Positions 36,863 through 49,289 of a stretch of DNA of 64,000 bases are shown in pieces. The first letter of the stretch is position 1, and every line of letters begins with the position of its first letter. Origin of the DNA: Balamuthia mandrillaris. Lineage: Eukaryota. The notes under the pieces were generated by a model that worked only from the letters and a program-made list of their open reading frames with translations, ran no database searches and was not told where the DNA came from. Location of the stretch: the NCBI GenBank assembly GCA_031835245.2, contig JAVKOQ020000100.1:62001-126000 (forward strand). Direction: 5' to 3'. The position numbers and the translations under genes were made by a program.

Positions 36863-39706
36863 ATGAAGAGCGCCCTTCCTACCCTGCTGCTTCTTCTCTC
36901 AATCTGCAGCTCTCTTCCGGCGATAACGTTTGGTTCACATGACGTAAGAGTTGATTGGGAAGTGATAGGACAGAACTACACGGGTCCCGTTGACGTGGAG
37001 GAAAACATAGAGTCAAGAACGGGGAGAGCTTTGACTTGCGGGCACTTCGACGGCGACAGCTTGGTAGAGTGAAACCCTTCAACATGAAAGAGTGTGTGAT
37101 GAATGAAAGGAGAAGAGATGGTGTTAGATGAGAAGGAATAGAGAAAAAGAGAGAGCAGTATGCAGTACTGACCGCATTGTTTCTGCAGGTTGATCTCATT
37201 ATTTCTGGGGATGGTGCGTTGGGTAGAGACCTTGATGGTAACATCTGTTCCACCTTTGATAGCAACATCTTTCCCCCTTTCTTTCTTTAGATGCTAAGAG
37301 AGGGCAACAACAGGGAACTTGGTGGTGAAGAACGCCGGTCGCGCTTGGTTCATCTTCGGTTCAGAGGCGTTGTCTACTGGAGACTTGTCCCCCGAAAGCC
37401 CTGTCTCATTCGCGGGAACCAATACCAACGACTATGTCGGCTCCGCTGTGGCTGCTGGTGATGTCAACGGAGATGGATTGGTGAGCTCTCCTCTGTTTAT
37501 TGTTGTTTGATTTTTGTTGTTTGTTATTTTCCTTTTCATCTGCTCCCATCACTGTCTCACCTTTGAATGCTGCATCCATCAAACAGGACGATGCAGTGAT
37601 CTGTGCAAGTCAAGCTGATCAACACGGTTTCTGTGCCATCATCTTTGGCAACAACGAGCGGAGCGTGCCCACATCACAGAGACAAGTCAAGAACGAAAAT
37701 GGCTTCCTCGTGACTGACTCGGACGTGTACACCGGCTTCGGTTCTTCTGTCGCCGTGCTGGATATCAACCACGACGGCTATGCCGATGTCTGTGTTGGTG
37801 CTCCTCACTCTGAAAACAACAAGGGTAAGGTCCACTGCTTCTTTGGCAAGCAGTCTGGCTTCCCTCGGCGGTTTGAGACATCTCGTCTCAACGGGCTGAA
37901 CGGTATCACCATCGTCGGTGAATACGCCAGCGATCTTTTCGGTATCAGTTTGGCTGGTGGTGACATTGACAATGACCAACGCCATGACCTCGTGGTGGGT
38001 GCCACTGGAGCCTTCACCGGGGATGTGGACTACCATGGAGCTATTTACGTCATTCTCGGTCGCGGTGCGCTCCGTCAGAATGCCAACTACCAAGTGGGCA
38101 ACTTGGTGGCCAACCAACAAGCCTACTACATGGAAGGTTACGATGGTAACACTGGCTTCGGTCGGGCAGTCGCCACTGGAGACTTCAACGCCGACGGCGT
38201 GGTACGTTTATCCCCCTGGCCTCTTTCTTTCTCACCTTAGAAATCCTGTTTTTTGAAGAGAGTTAATGACAACGAACATTGCTTCTGCTCCCTCTCGCGC
38301 TTCTCTCTCAGACGGATATTGCCGTGACAACTGAGTTTGGAACCTATGCTTACCTTATTCTGGGCGGTTACGCTCCCTACAACCCCGATGCCTACTTCAA
38401 CCGCGGTCTCAGAATCCGAGGCTACGGTGACCTCAACAAGGATCCCCACTGGACTTCCGTGGCCTTTGGCGACGTCAACGGCGACGGCGGCGCGGATCTT
38501 ATCTTGGGTGCTGCGCGCGGCACCACCAACGAGGCCAAGGTGCAGAGCGGCTACATCGCCATTCTGTATGGTTTCTGTAATGAGGGCACGGCCTTTTACA
38601 AGAGCAGCATCATGCCCACCGTGGAGCTCAGCCAGGCCACCACCGATGTTACCATAGTGAGAGGCAACCTGAACGACGAGGGGCTGGGCACTGGCCTCGG
38701 TCTCTCTGTACTCTCCGTTCCCGACGGCTTTGGCAGGTCCAACATCTTGTACGGCTATGAGGGGGAGAACAGGGCCAGCTTGGTCTTCGCCAACGCCATC
38801 ACCGGCGAGACGGACCCGCTGGAGTGCGCTGCTTTGCAGGTAACCACCGGCGGCACCACCATCTCCAGCACCATCACCACCTCCTCTGCCACCACCGGAG
38901 ACTATTCCACCACCACCGCCACCTCCACCACAGGAGGCGGAAGTACCACCGGAGGGGCCTCCTCTACCACCACCACCGGAGGGGCCTCCTCCACCTCCAC
39001 CACGGGCGTGGGCAGCACAACCGGCTTCGTTCCGCCTACCGTCAACCCGCTGGAGAACGGGGTGATCTCGGAGCAGCCGGTCACGCAGAGGGGCATCACC
39101 TACTTCCAGATCGATGTGCCTCAGGGGGCCGCCACCTTTCAGGTCCTCGTGACGGAGGGAGAGGGCTCTGACACGATGTGCGCGTTGGTGCGGAAGGCCG
39201 ACCTCCCCACCGAGGAAGACTTTGACTACCGAAGGTGCTCCAACCTGATCGAGCTGGACGTTGAAAACACCGGCCTCTCCGTCAGGGAACACACGGATGA
39301 CCCCTGCGAGCTCGTCACTTACTTTGTAGCGGTGCAGGGCAACCCTGGGGATCACTTCTCCATCGTGGTGGCCTGGGGCACTGGCTGCGACGGCTGCGGC
39401 TCCGTTGAGGACAGATGCGGCGACTGCCCCGCCACCGGCACCTGCGAGTGCGAGGTCGGCAGCTACCGCAGCTATGAAGAGGACCTGCTGGACCAGAGCT
39501 TGTTGACATGGGAGACCCTCCGACTGAGGCACAGCGTGCGGACGACCCGCCAGGTCATCCAGGAAATCCAGGAAGCCATCCTCGAAGGCAAAACCACCAC
39601 CCCCGAGTTTTACGATGAGCACTTTGAGCTAGCGAAGACGTTCCTTGCAGAGATTGAACTGTTTAACTCGCAAGCCCAACTCGTGGCCAACGCTTTGAAC
39701 GCGTAA
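36863..39706 (+). CDS. Secreted FG-GAP (integrin-alpha beta-propeller) repeat protein with a Thr-rich stalk and C-terminal domains
   Basis: Signal peptide MKSALPTLLLLL. Repeated DxNxDG/FG..GAP motifs (GHFDGD, GDVNGDG, FGSSVAVLDINHDGYADVCVGAP, FGISLAGGDIDND, FGRAVATGDFNADG). T/S/G-rich linker; no TM segment at the C-terminus. Confidence 0.85.
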
Positions 39707-39969
39707 TGCCGCTTTTTCTTTCTTTCGCCTCTCCTTGTTCCTTTTTACCTTGCTCCTCTTTTTTTTTTTGTGCCTCGTCTTCGTCGTCGTCTTCTTCTTC
39801 TTCGCGTGTTCAAAAACTATAAAAAGCAAGAAACCACAAAAGGTGGGTGGGCTCTGTTGGTTTCACCACCCGCAACAACAACAACCACTGGATAACGAGG
39901 ACGCCGTTCTTTTAGTTGAACTTTTCTTTAAACAAATCATTATAACAGCTTATTACAGTAATAAGGCGC

Positions 39970-42900
39970 TTACTCGCTCAAGGGGATAGGCAACCACCGT
40001 TGCAGCGTTTGGCGAAGCTGCGCCAGTTTCAAGGGCTTGCTCATGAAAGCAGTCATGCCGGCCTCCTCGCAGCGCTGCTGGTCTCGGTCCATGCCGCTAG
40101 CTGAGAGAGCCACTATAGGAAGGTTGCTGAGGTAACGCCGCCGACGAACATCCATCTCTGCTCGTTGGCTCATTTCCCTCAGTTGCTTTGTGGCCTCGTA
40201 GCCGTCCATGATGGGCATGGCCAGGTCCATCAGCACCAGGGCAAAGTGTCCCGTCGGCGCTGCGTTGATGATGTCGATGGCTTCTTTGCCGTTGGTGGCG
40301 ACCGTAGCAGGCAAGCCTAGCTTGCGGAGCTGCGCCAGCACCACTTTGATGTTGACGCGATTGTCCTCCACTACTAGTATGTGGTTCGTTTTGTCCGGTG
40401 TTGTTTGTGTCACGTCCTTTTCCTCATTTTTCGTTTCCGATTTTTGTACAAGTGACGGGTGACCAGCTGCTGTGTTTCGTTCTGTTTCCTCTTGTTGTTC
40501 CTCCTCTTCCTCCTCTTCTTCCTTTGATGGATGCCGTTGCTGTTGATAGCCCTTTTCTCGATCTTTGCAGCCGCTGAGACTATGCCAAGAAGACAAGGAC
40601 TTGGCAATGGCGGCACGTATGCACTTGGTTAACTCGCTCTTCTTGATGGGTTTGGTAACATATCCACTGCTGAGATGACTGCCAAGCATGGCCAACCCCT
40701 GACGAGCCAGCCCACGTGCTGTCTGCGAGGACCCACTCATCAGCACCACTCGCAACCATGATTGGTGTCGATGCAGTGCTCTGCCAGTATTGATTGCAGA
40801 TTCCAAGTTGGGAGACGCTATGTCCAGTACAATAATGGTGAATGGACGCCCTTGTTTTAGGCCTCGGTAGAAGAGTCGCAAGCCTTGTTCCATGCTTGTC
40901 GATCCTTCGCATTCTAGGTAAAGAATAGATAATAATGAGATACGGAGATGAAAGATAAGGAGAACGAAGGAGAAGGAGAAGAGCAAGAGCAACAAAAAGA
41001 TACGCACCAACAATATCGCACAACTGCAGAAGAATCGAATCGAGACTGTGCTGCTTGGCCTCAATAACGAGCACGCGTTGGTCGTATGGGTGCATGAGAC
41101 AACCATCGGTCGAATAGCTAGTTTGTAGTTGTTTCAAGGTGAAGCGATGTCCTGATGCACTACTACTGGACGGGGATGGTAGAAGTTGGCAGCGCCAAGT
41201 GAACCAGAACGTGGAGCCTTTTCCAGGTTTTGTGGTCACTCCAATCTCTCCTCCCGCTATCTCCACTAACCGTTTGCTGATGGCCAAGCCAAGTCCCGTG
41301 CCACCATGTTCTCTCGTTGTAGAAGAGTTCACTTGACTAAAGGATTGAAAGATTTTCTGCACGCCTTCCTCGCTGATACCAATGCCCGTATCTATAATTT
41401 CCACATGCAGAATGACTTCTTTTGGATTATATCCAAAGTTGTCGCTCTCATTTTCCTGCGACTCTCCAGTAGCTGTCTCCGCTCCCGGTTCAAGCGCATA
41501 AGAGTGGGGAAAGGAAGAGGAGGCAATGGGTGATTGTTCAACGATAGAGTAGCGAACCTTCACCATGACCTCTCCGCCTCTTTCCGTGAATTTGATGGCG
41601 TTATTGATGAGGTTCACAAGCACCTGTTGCAGGCGGAACGGGTCGCTGCGTACCCAAAGACCCGAGCGAGAGGTCACCAGGTCCGACATGTTCACCAGTT
41701 CGATTTGACGCATCCCGGCTTGCTCCGCGAACATGTCCATGGTTCTCTCTACTAGCGAACCAACCTCAAACTCGGAGCAATGAAAGAGCACTTTGTCCAT
41801 TTCCATCCTTGAGAAGTCCAAAATGTCATTCACAATCTCCAATAACAGTTCGCTGCAGTTTGTTCAGTCAGAGACCAAAGCGCATCAACATAAGCCATTC
41901 TGAAGAAAAACATGAGAAAGAAAGGTCCTACCTTGAATGTTGAAGAGTCTGCACCATCTCCTTTTGCTCTGCATTGAGCGGCGTATCTCGGAGCATTTCC
42001 ATCATGCCGATAATTGCATTCAGAGGAGTACGAATCTCGTGGCTCGTGTTGGCCATAATCATGCTTTTGGCTTTGTTAGCAGCTTGTGCTGCCTCTAGCT
42101 GTGTCTGTTGCTGCATTCGTTCCTCCATCAGCCGGGCTTGATTGAGACCGAGGCCTACCTGCAACGCTATTTGCAGCAACAAGGCTTTGTCTACTTTGCT
42201 CCAGCTATTATCTCTCATTTCTTGGATAACAAGCCTAGAGGAGGTTGAACTAGAAGGAAGAGGAGCCCATCGTACACATTGCAGCAGACCCCAAACTTTG
42301 TCTCTCATAGGAATGATGGCCGAGATGCTGTTCTCTGCTTGCAACTCGTTGGGAAGCATTGCCACCAACCGCTCCGTTTGCGTGGAGTCTTGCCAGATGT
42401 CAGTAGCCGAGAAGTTGACATCCCACAAACCCGCTCCGCTTTCGCAGTTGTTCATTGCGAATTTAAGGCCAAGATACCGTTTTTCAGGTAACCGGTGGCT
42501 GTCTACGCTTTCGGCGGGGATGGTGCACACTTGTTGCGTTGGACATGGGTAGCGTGCATCCCTCTCACATTCTTCTTCTTCTACTTCTGCTACCGCTTCT
42601 TCTGTTCCCACATATCGATCTTCGTATTCTTTTGCTGCTAGAGTTCGATCAGGTACTTCCAAGTCCTTGCCGTTCTTCTTTATTCTTCGTTGTCCCGAAT
42701 CAGCAGAGAGGCTGCGACGGCGAATCGAGTTTTGAGCTTTGCTGGGTTGTAGCTTTTGCCGTCGCGATTGAGGAGGACTGGAATCCTGTTGTGGCGTGTT
42801 CTTTCGTTCGGGATCCCCTGTATCGTAGTCACCATGACGTTGAGTTCCTTTGACTTCTCCATCTGAATCCGTTCCAGAAGCCTCTTCGGTAGTGCCGTGA

Positions 42901-45287
42901 TTCGTACTGGTGATGCTTCTCTTTCTTGCCACCTCCTCGAAGCGATAGATACGCACTGCGTCTGCCTTCAACACTGCTCTAACCTCCGCAACGGTGCTGT
43001 CCAACACTTCCTGCATGCTGATTTTTCCACAACGAATCTTCTCACCAATTCGCATTACCAGATGCTTCCGTTTGACGAGTTGCTTTTCTCTGAGATTCAT
43101 CTGCTTCCTCAGCCTACTCAGCTTGACAGTAGCTCTGGCTTTTGCTACCAGTTCTGTGGCCGAAAAGGGTTTGGCAAGGTAGTCATCTGCGCCTGAATCT
43201 AGACCTTCTGCAGAAGCGTCTGGTCCAGCACGTGCAGACAGTAGGATAAATGGTATGCTGTGCGTCTTTTTGTTGGCACGAACATCGTGCAATAGGGAGA
43301 ATCCATCCTTGATTGGCATCATTACGTCACTGATGACAAGATCAGGTGGCGGAACACGGCATATCATTCTGAGAGCCTCCGCTCCATTCGTCACAGTCGT
43401 GACACGAAAATGGGGGCTCAACAATCTCGAAACGTAGTTCCGCATATCTGCGTTGTCATCTGCAATAAGCACGCGCGGTTTGCTTGATAGCATCTCACTT
43501 GCTATTTCTTCCATTTTTTCTTGTTCGAATTCTTCCTCTTCCTCTTGTCTTTCTCGTTCATCTTCTGCTTCTTCTTCTTCAACTTTTTCGTCCAAAATCT
43601 CCCCCTTCCCCATTGGCCGCTTAAGCAAAGACTGTGCCGAATTGGTGTCCCAGTTGAGGATCTCGCTGGCATATTGGTCGGTAGTGTAGCACCCAGCTAT
43701 CTTGTTCTGAGAGACGGAATCCCGTTGACCGCAGTCGGCTACATCATCACTCAGTGGCATAACCACTTTATCGCGTGGTAGGTGCTTGTAACCGGATGGG
43801 ATGAAAACGGTGAAGGTGGTGCCTTTGCCTTCTTGACTCTCCACCCTTATAGTGCCTCCATGAAGTTTCACCAATTCTTGGGCCAGCGCAAGGCCGATGC
43901 CCGATCCTTCGTGGCTACGGGCCTTATCGTTTTGAATGCGATAGAATCGTTGGAATAGTTTCTGTAAGTCCTTCTCAGCGATCCCCACTCCTGTGTCCTT
44001 TACTTGCATCTCCATTCCCCCGTTCACCCTTTCAACAGAAACGGTGATGCTTCCTTTCCATGTGAATTTAAGCGCGTTTGAAACCAAGTTCAGAACGATC
44101 TTCTCCCACATATCTTTGTCTACGTATATCTCTTCTTCATTCGCAGACTTTGTTGACTTCACGCATCGCGTGATCAATTGAAGGCCCAGTCGCTCCGCCG
44201 ACGATTCGAATTCGCTCACTAACTCTTGAGTAAATGTTCCCAGGTCTATTGGTCGATATCTTGCTTGTACACTGGGAAGTACGTGAGAATTCACGTTGCA
44301 CATTACTGCAAAAATGATGGGAATTGAGTACGAACCGGCCAACTTCAATCCTGCTGAAATCGAGCAGAGTATTGACAAGCTTAAGAAGCCTTTGCCCATT
44401 CCTGAACACCGTTTCTAACTGTTGTCGATGATCGGGAAGGAGATTCTCTGACTGAAGAAGGTCTGCAAGTGGAGCCACGATCAGTGTTAACGGGGTGCGA
44501 AACTCATGGCTTATATTGCAGAAAAAATCAGTTTTGGCTTTATCGAGTTCAGCAAGCTTCTCTGCCCGTTTGCGTTCTTCCTCTCGAGCCTGATGAATGG
44601 CAACATTGGTTAGCCTTGTTTGAAAGACAAGTTACGTACTGAAAATTACCTTGGCATTATTCAGAGCAGTTGATAAATGACCTCCAACCAAATTGTAAAA
44701 TTCTTCATAGTAGGTATCAAAAGGGAGAAATGGGTTGACACGAGCCACCATCACAGCCGAGGTGTGACCTTGCTCTTCGTAGGAGGTTGTCACTGGCACC
44801 AGCATCACACGTCCTTGCCCTTCTGGCAGCGAGACCAACATTGTTGTGCCTGTCGCAAAAACTTGTGCTACGGGCCAATCCTTTCCAAGCGCCGCGTGCT
44901 GGTATTTAGAAGAGGGGTTCATTGTTGGCTGAGCTCTTCTGGGCGAGACGCCAGCCCGCGAATTGGTTCGTGGAAGGTTGTTGCTTTCTTCTTGTTCTTC
45001 TTCATCAAAAGCAGTAAGGGAAACGGTTGTGGGAAGGGTCAGCAAAGCAGAAGGAAAATCTTCAGGTTGCTCTTTGCTTGCGTTGTCAGGAGCGTATTCT
45101 TTGTCATTGTCTTCGCGCTGCAAGTCCTGCTCGAAGGTGCTTGCCACCAGTGTTGCAGTTTTGTTGTCTTCTGACGCCAAATAGATAAACGCAAACGGTA
45201 TGTCCTTATTGCCCTTTAGTGTCTGTGCTGTAAGCTTGCACGCCTATTATCATCGTTCATTGGTACGATAGAATGAGTTCATCATGA

Positions 45288-45334
<47 letters not shown>

Positions 45335-46082
45335 CGGGAAGGAGAGAGAGAAAGAGAGAGAGAGTGAAAGAAGAGGAAGGAGAGAGACGAAGAAAAACAC
45401 ACAAAAAAAGGAAAAGAGGAAAACAAACGTCAGCGAGGCAAGAGGCTGAAGGGGTGCGGATGGCCAACTCAGACAGAGTATTTAAGCGTCTCTCGCTCAT
45501 AACTCGCTGAGAGGTCTCAAAACACACGTTGACAAGGCCAATGATGGAGTTATCAGGGCCTCGCAAGGGTGAAAAGCTGAAGGAGTAGTAGGTCTCCTCC
45601 ACGTAGCCATGGCGCTCCATCATGAGGCGAGTGTCATGACACAAAACCCCCTTTCCAGAGGAGTACGCCTCGTCCATCAGAATACCAACGACGTTCCAGA
45701 TCTCTTCCCACACTTTTTGCCCAGGTTGACCCATGGCTTGGGGGTGCTTTGTTCCGAGCGTTGGCCGCCATGCCTTTCACAAAAAGAGAAAAAAAAAAGA
45801 GGGGGGAAAAAAAGAGGGAGGGAAAGGGGAAGAAACAAAAAATCAGGAGCTGTTGAGGAGAAGGAAAACGAGGAAAAGGAAAAAAAAAAAAACAAGTACA
45901 TCTCCGTAAATGAGGTTGCGCCCAGGACCCAAGTAGAGCGCCATGGGGAAGGTGCTCTCCAAACAGAGTTCCACCGCAGCGACCAGTTGGGGGGGCCACT
46001 CTTCCCTTGGCCCAATAGGAGTCTTGGACCAGTCCATGGTGGCCACCAACTCAGCAGCGGTGATGCTGGTTGGGCATTCCAT
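39970..46082 (-). CDS. Dual hybrid histidine kinase: PAS-GAF-HisKA-HATPase-REC-GAF-HisKA-HATPase-REC(degenerate)-REC
   Basis: N-terminal [14 protein letters not shown]. Two H-boxes: [10 protein letters not shown] and [10 protein letters not shown]. Two N/G boxes: [22 protein letters not shown] and [22 protein letters not shown]. Receivers: ISDVMMP..AKP and LMDLAMP..SKP. Confidence 0.92.
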
Positions 46083-46451
46083 TGTTCCCCACCCGCTCTG
46101 CTTTTTTGTTTGTTGTTTTTTTTTTTGAATCGTTCTCTTTCTCCAGCTCTACCCTTTTATTGTTGTTATTCTTCCTTCCTTCTCCTCCCCTCCAGCGTCA
46201 CAGGGCTTGTTTTTTTTTTTTTGTTGTTGTTCCTGTATTTTAAATAAATGAAGCAACAACACCCAACGCCTTTGCGTGGCTTTCCTGCCTTTCAAATTAT
46301 ATTTTTTTTTTGCCTTGACTGGTTGTGTATGCGTGTTGTTGCAAAAAGGGATGATGAACGTCCCCAAACGAGGTCGCCATGCTGGTTTTTTCGTTAGGAG
46401 CATATGTCCCACCTGCCATCCCGCATCAAACAATAGAGTTGAGGGAACGAG

Positions 46452-47426
46452 TTAAGTTTGACAGTTTTTATTTAAAGGAAAAAAACACAAGTCCAAATTT
46501 ACTAAGCAAACCACCGTAAGAAAACAAGCGCTGTGGTTGTCTAATGAGTGTCGCCAAGGGATGGTCAAGCAAGAAAAGCTTTTTAAACGACCAATGGCCC
46601 TTTCAATGTCAACACGTTCTCCTCCATGAACTTGGTTAAACTCTAAAAGAGTACCAGTTACATGTCCTTTGAATGGTGTAAGAAAACAAGATTCGCCTTG
46701 GTAGGCCTTATCACCTAAAAGAAGCTCTTGTTGTCCCACATAAGGAAGAAGCCCTTCTCGTGCAATCGTTAAATCATGTACTCGGCCAGCATAAGGGCCA
46801 CTCACCCAAGTTATGAGCTCTGTGGAAAGGTCCAAAACAAGCTCATACTTAAGTGTGTGTTTTTTCTTTTTGCCAGAATAGAAGTTGCGTTGTGTTTTAA
46901 CACCAGATGGTCGCTGAATTGGACACTCGGTGGTATCCACAATACCTGTGATTCCTGTTCTTGAAGTGTGGTGAGCTTGAACAAATTGCTAAAAAGAAAA
47001 AGGTGAGACAAACAAATGCTAAAGTCAAAACCCAACAACAAGAAAAAAAGGAAAACAAAATAAAACAAAAAAACAAAAAACAAAATCAAATCAAAAACAA
47101 TAACAAAAAAGATGAACCTGAAACATATCAAATGATAACTGAGAAGCCAAAGCCTTGATGATAGTCCAAACCCAGTAACGAAAGGTCTTTGGGGTGCAAG
47201 AACAAAATGAACAGGCAACATCTTCAGTGGGGTAGACCTTTAAAAAATAAAGAGCCCACAATAGGTACTTTGGTTTCAACGGACGCTCAAACTTAAACCT
47301 TTTCAATATGTCCCAAATAATGGCAGTGGTTTCAAAGCTAGCTCCAAAGTGTGCTCGCCATGTTCTTTCTGTAACGTTTTGAATAAGTGTTTCTGCTGTT
47401 GAAAGCAACAAAAAAAACTCTTCCAT
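46452..47426 (-). CDS. Harbinger/IS5-like DDE transposase (DDE_Tnp_4 / HARBI1-like), two exons
   Basis: Exon 1 is 47426-47118 (HTH-like LLWALYFLKVYP..TFRYWV). GT-AG intron 47117-46989. Exon 2 is 46988-46452 with IVDTTECPIQRP, FYSGKKKKHTLK, GRVHD, LLGDKAY and RVDIERAIGRLK. In frame, about 281 aa. Confidence 0.9.
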
Positions 47427-47988
47427 CTTCTTCGTTCTAAACTTATTGATGATAATTGTCAAAATTTGTGTTATGAAGAAAAAGTTACTCAAATATATTA
47501 TCGCTTTTTGAAATAATTGCCTATAACGGATAAAAAGCTTAAAAGGAGAAATAAAATCGGAGAAAATAATGGAGAAATAAACCGGAGAAATAAACCGGAA
47601 AATAATCGGGGATATTTTCCAGGTCGGTTTTTTGCTTCTGCACAAAACACACTCAAATCACGCTCAAAACATGCTCAAAACACACACAAAACACATTCAC
47701 AAGCTCCGAAATTTATTTGAATTTTTCCAATCATAATTCAAAATTTGTTTTTTTTGATTTTTGATTCGTCTATCAGATGAAATTTCAAAAACTCCGAATG
47801 TGTTTTGTGTGTGTTTTGAGCGTGTTTTGAGCGTGTTTTGAGCAGCAAACAGGAACCGCTTTTTTTCCTTGACGGGAGTAAAGGAAAATTTTTCGTAATT
47901 GATTATATTTTAATTTTCCGGAGGATGATTTAAGTAGAATTTTTTGCAACCCGCACGATGTTTTTTTTTTGTACAACCAGACTGCAGT

Positions 47989-49012
47989 ATGCCCAAGTGG
48001 AACACACAAGAAACAACAATCATCACAGATGTGTACAAAAAAACAGGGCCCGAGTTGACTGAGCACGCCTTTGCTGAGCTTAAAGACAAACTCACCCGCC
48101 GTTCTGAGCGTGCTATTTTACAAAAATGGAATCTTCTCAAAAAACAAACCCAAGAAAAGACCCAAAACACACAAAAAGCAGGTATGATTTTTTTAACTTG
48201 GTGCTATTATCTCTCATCTTTTTCTCATCTTTCTTTTTATTAGCGTCTATGCTTCCAAATCTTCTTCAGTTGCGCCAGCAAATGTGTGGTGTACCTCCTC
48301 AAACTGCTGTTTCACAACGTAAGTTTTTTTTTTTTACTTTATTTGAAGATTATTTTTGTGACTGGTTTTTTTTTAAGCCACTTCCACTCCAACTGCCTCA
48401 GTTCCGTCCGTTCAAGCACAGAGGAATGAAGAAGAGGAAGCAGAAGAGGAGGAGGAGGAAGAACCAGAAGAAGAAGAAGCAGAAGAGGTCACTGTGTACC
48501 ACAACACTGCTTCTTTTGACCCTTGGAGCCCGCCTATTAAGAGGAGACGCTGCGAAGAAAACCCTTCTTCCTCCTCCTCCTCCTCCTCCTCCTCCTCCTC
48601 CTCTTCCTCCTCTCTTTCATCCTCGCTGCAAGGAATCTCTCCTATAAATATAAAACTTTTTATGTGGCATATTACCACAAGTCGTTCCCTTTTTTTATTC
48701 TTTCGCCAGTTGCCTGGGCTGTCATTTGAAGTGGACTGGGATGACAGCAATGACCACGTTTTAATTGTGACTGTCAAGCGTGCCCGTCTTGATCAAGCTG
48801 AATTGCGAGAGATGATGGATTTCCTCCCGTTCAACACAGACATCGATTTATTAGATCAAAACAACCATGCTCACATTGCACAGTTCAAACTGTACTTTGA
48901 GCACAGGTTGGATTCGCCAACAACCTGGACATTTGCAGAGAAGACTTATCTTGTTCGGTGGACGATCCCCTTCTTCCGTCGCGACCATGAGGACGTGAAA
49001 ATTGGTTTTTGA
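47989..49012 (+). CDS. Transposon accessory protein: N-terminal Myb/SANT-like domain, acidic/Ser linker, putative C-terminal HSP20-like domain
   Basis: MPKWNTQETTII...LKDKLTRRSERAILQKWNLLKK fits the Myb W..E....RS..AI..KW pattern. Introns at about 48182-48243 and 48319-48377. Glu-rich and Ser-rich tracts; stop at 49012, inside the TIRs. Confidence 0.8.
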
Positions 49013-49289
49013 TTTTTTATTGATTTTTGATAATAATTAAAATATGTTGAAAATTATTTTATTCCCTCAACTCTAATTTTTCCTTTAAGCCACGCTGGGA
49101 GATTTAATCACTGCATCTCTGCTCTTGCCATCTCCGTAATGGCGTGGGAGCATAGCACTAGCGCGGAAGCGATGTCCACGCTTTGGAATTAATGCCCATC
49201 AAACCTTTACCGGTTAAACGCCTGTTCTTCAAAGCCCCAAATACGGCCAGTACATGCTGGGCCACACGCGTAACGCTTCATCTACACAA

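Larger units (their letters stand above)
46435..49074. mobile_element. Complete PIF/Harbinger-superfamily DNA transposon, 2640 bp, two divergent ORFs
   Basis: Perfect 13-bp TIRs AGAGTTGAGGGAA (46435-46447) and TTCCCTCAACTCT (49062-49074). AAT flanks both ends (46432-46434, 49075-49077), consistent with a 3-bp TSD. The interior is AT-richer and lacks the host (CT)n microsatellites. Confidence 0.92.

Noticed and set aside
38237..39622. 461-aa minus-strand ORF
   Set aside because: It is the antisense shadow of the GC-rich FG-GAP exon and has no motifs of its own.
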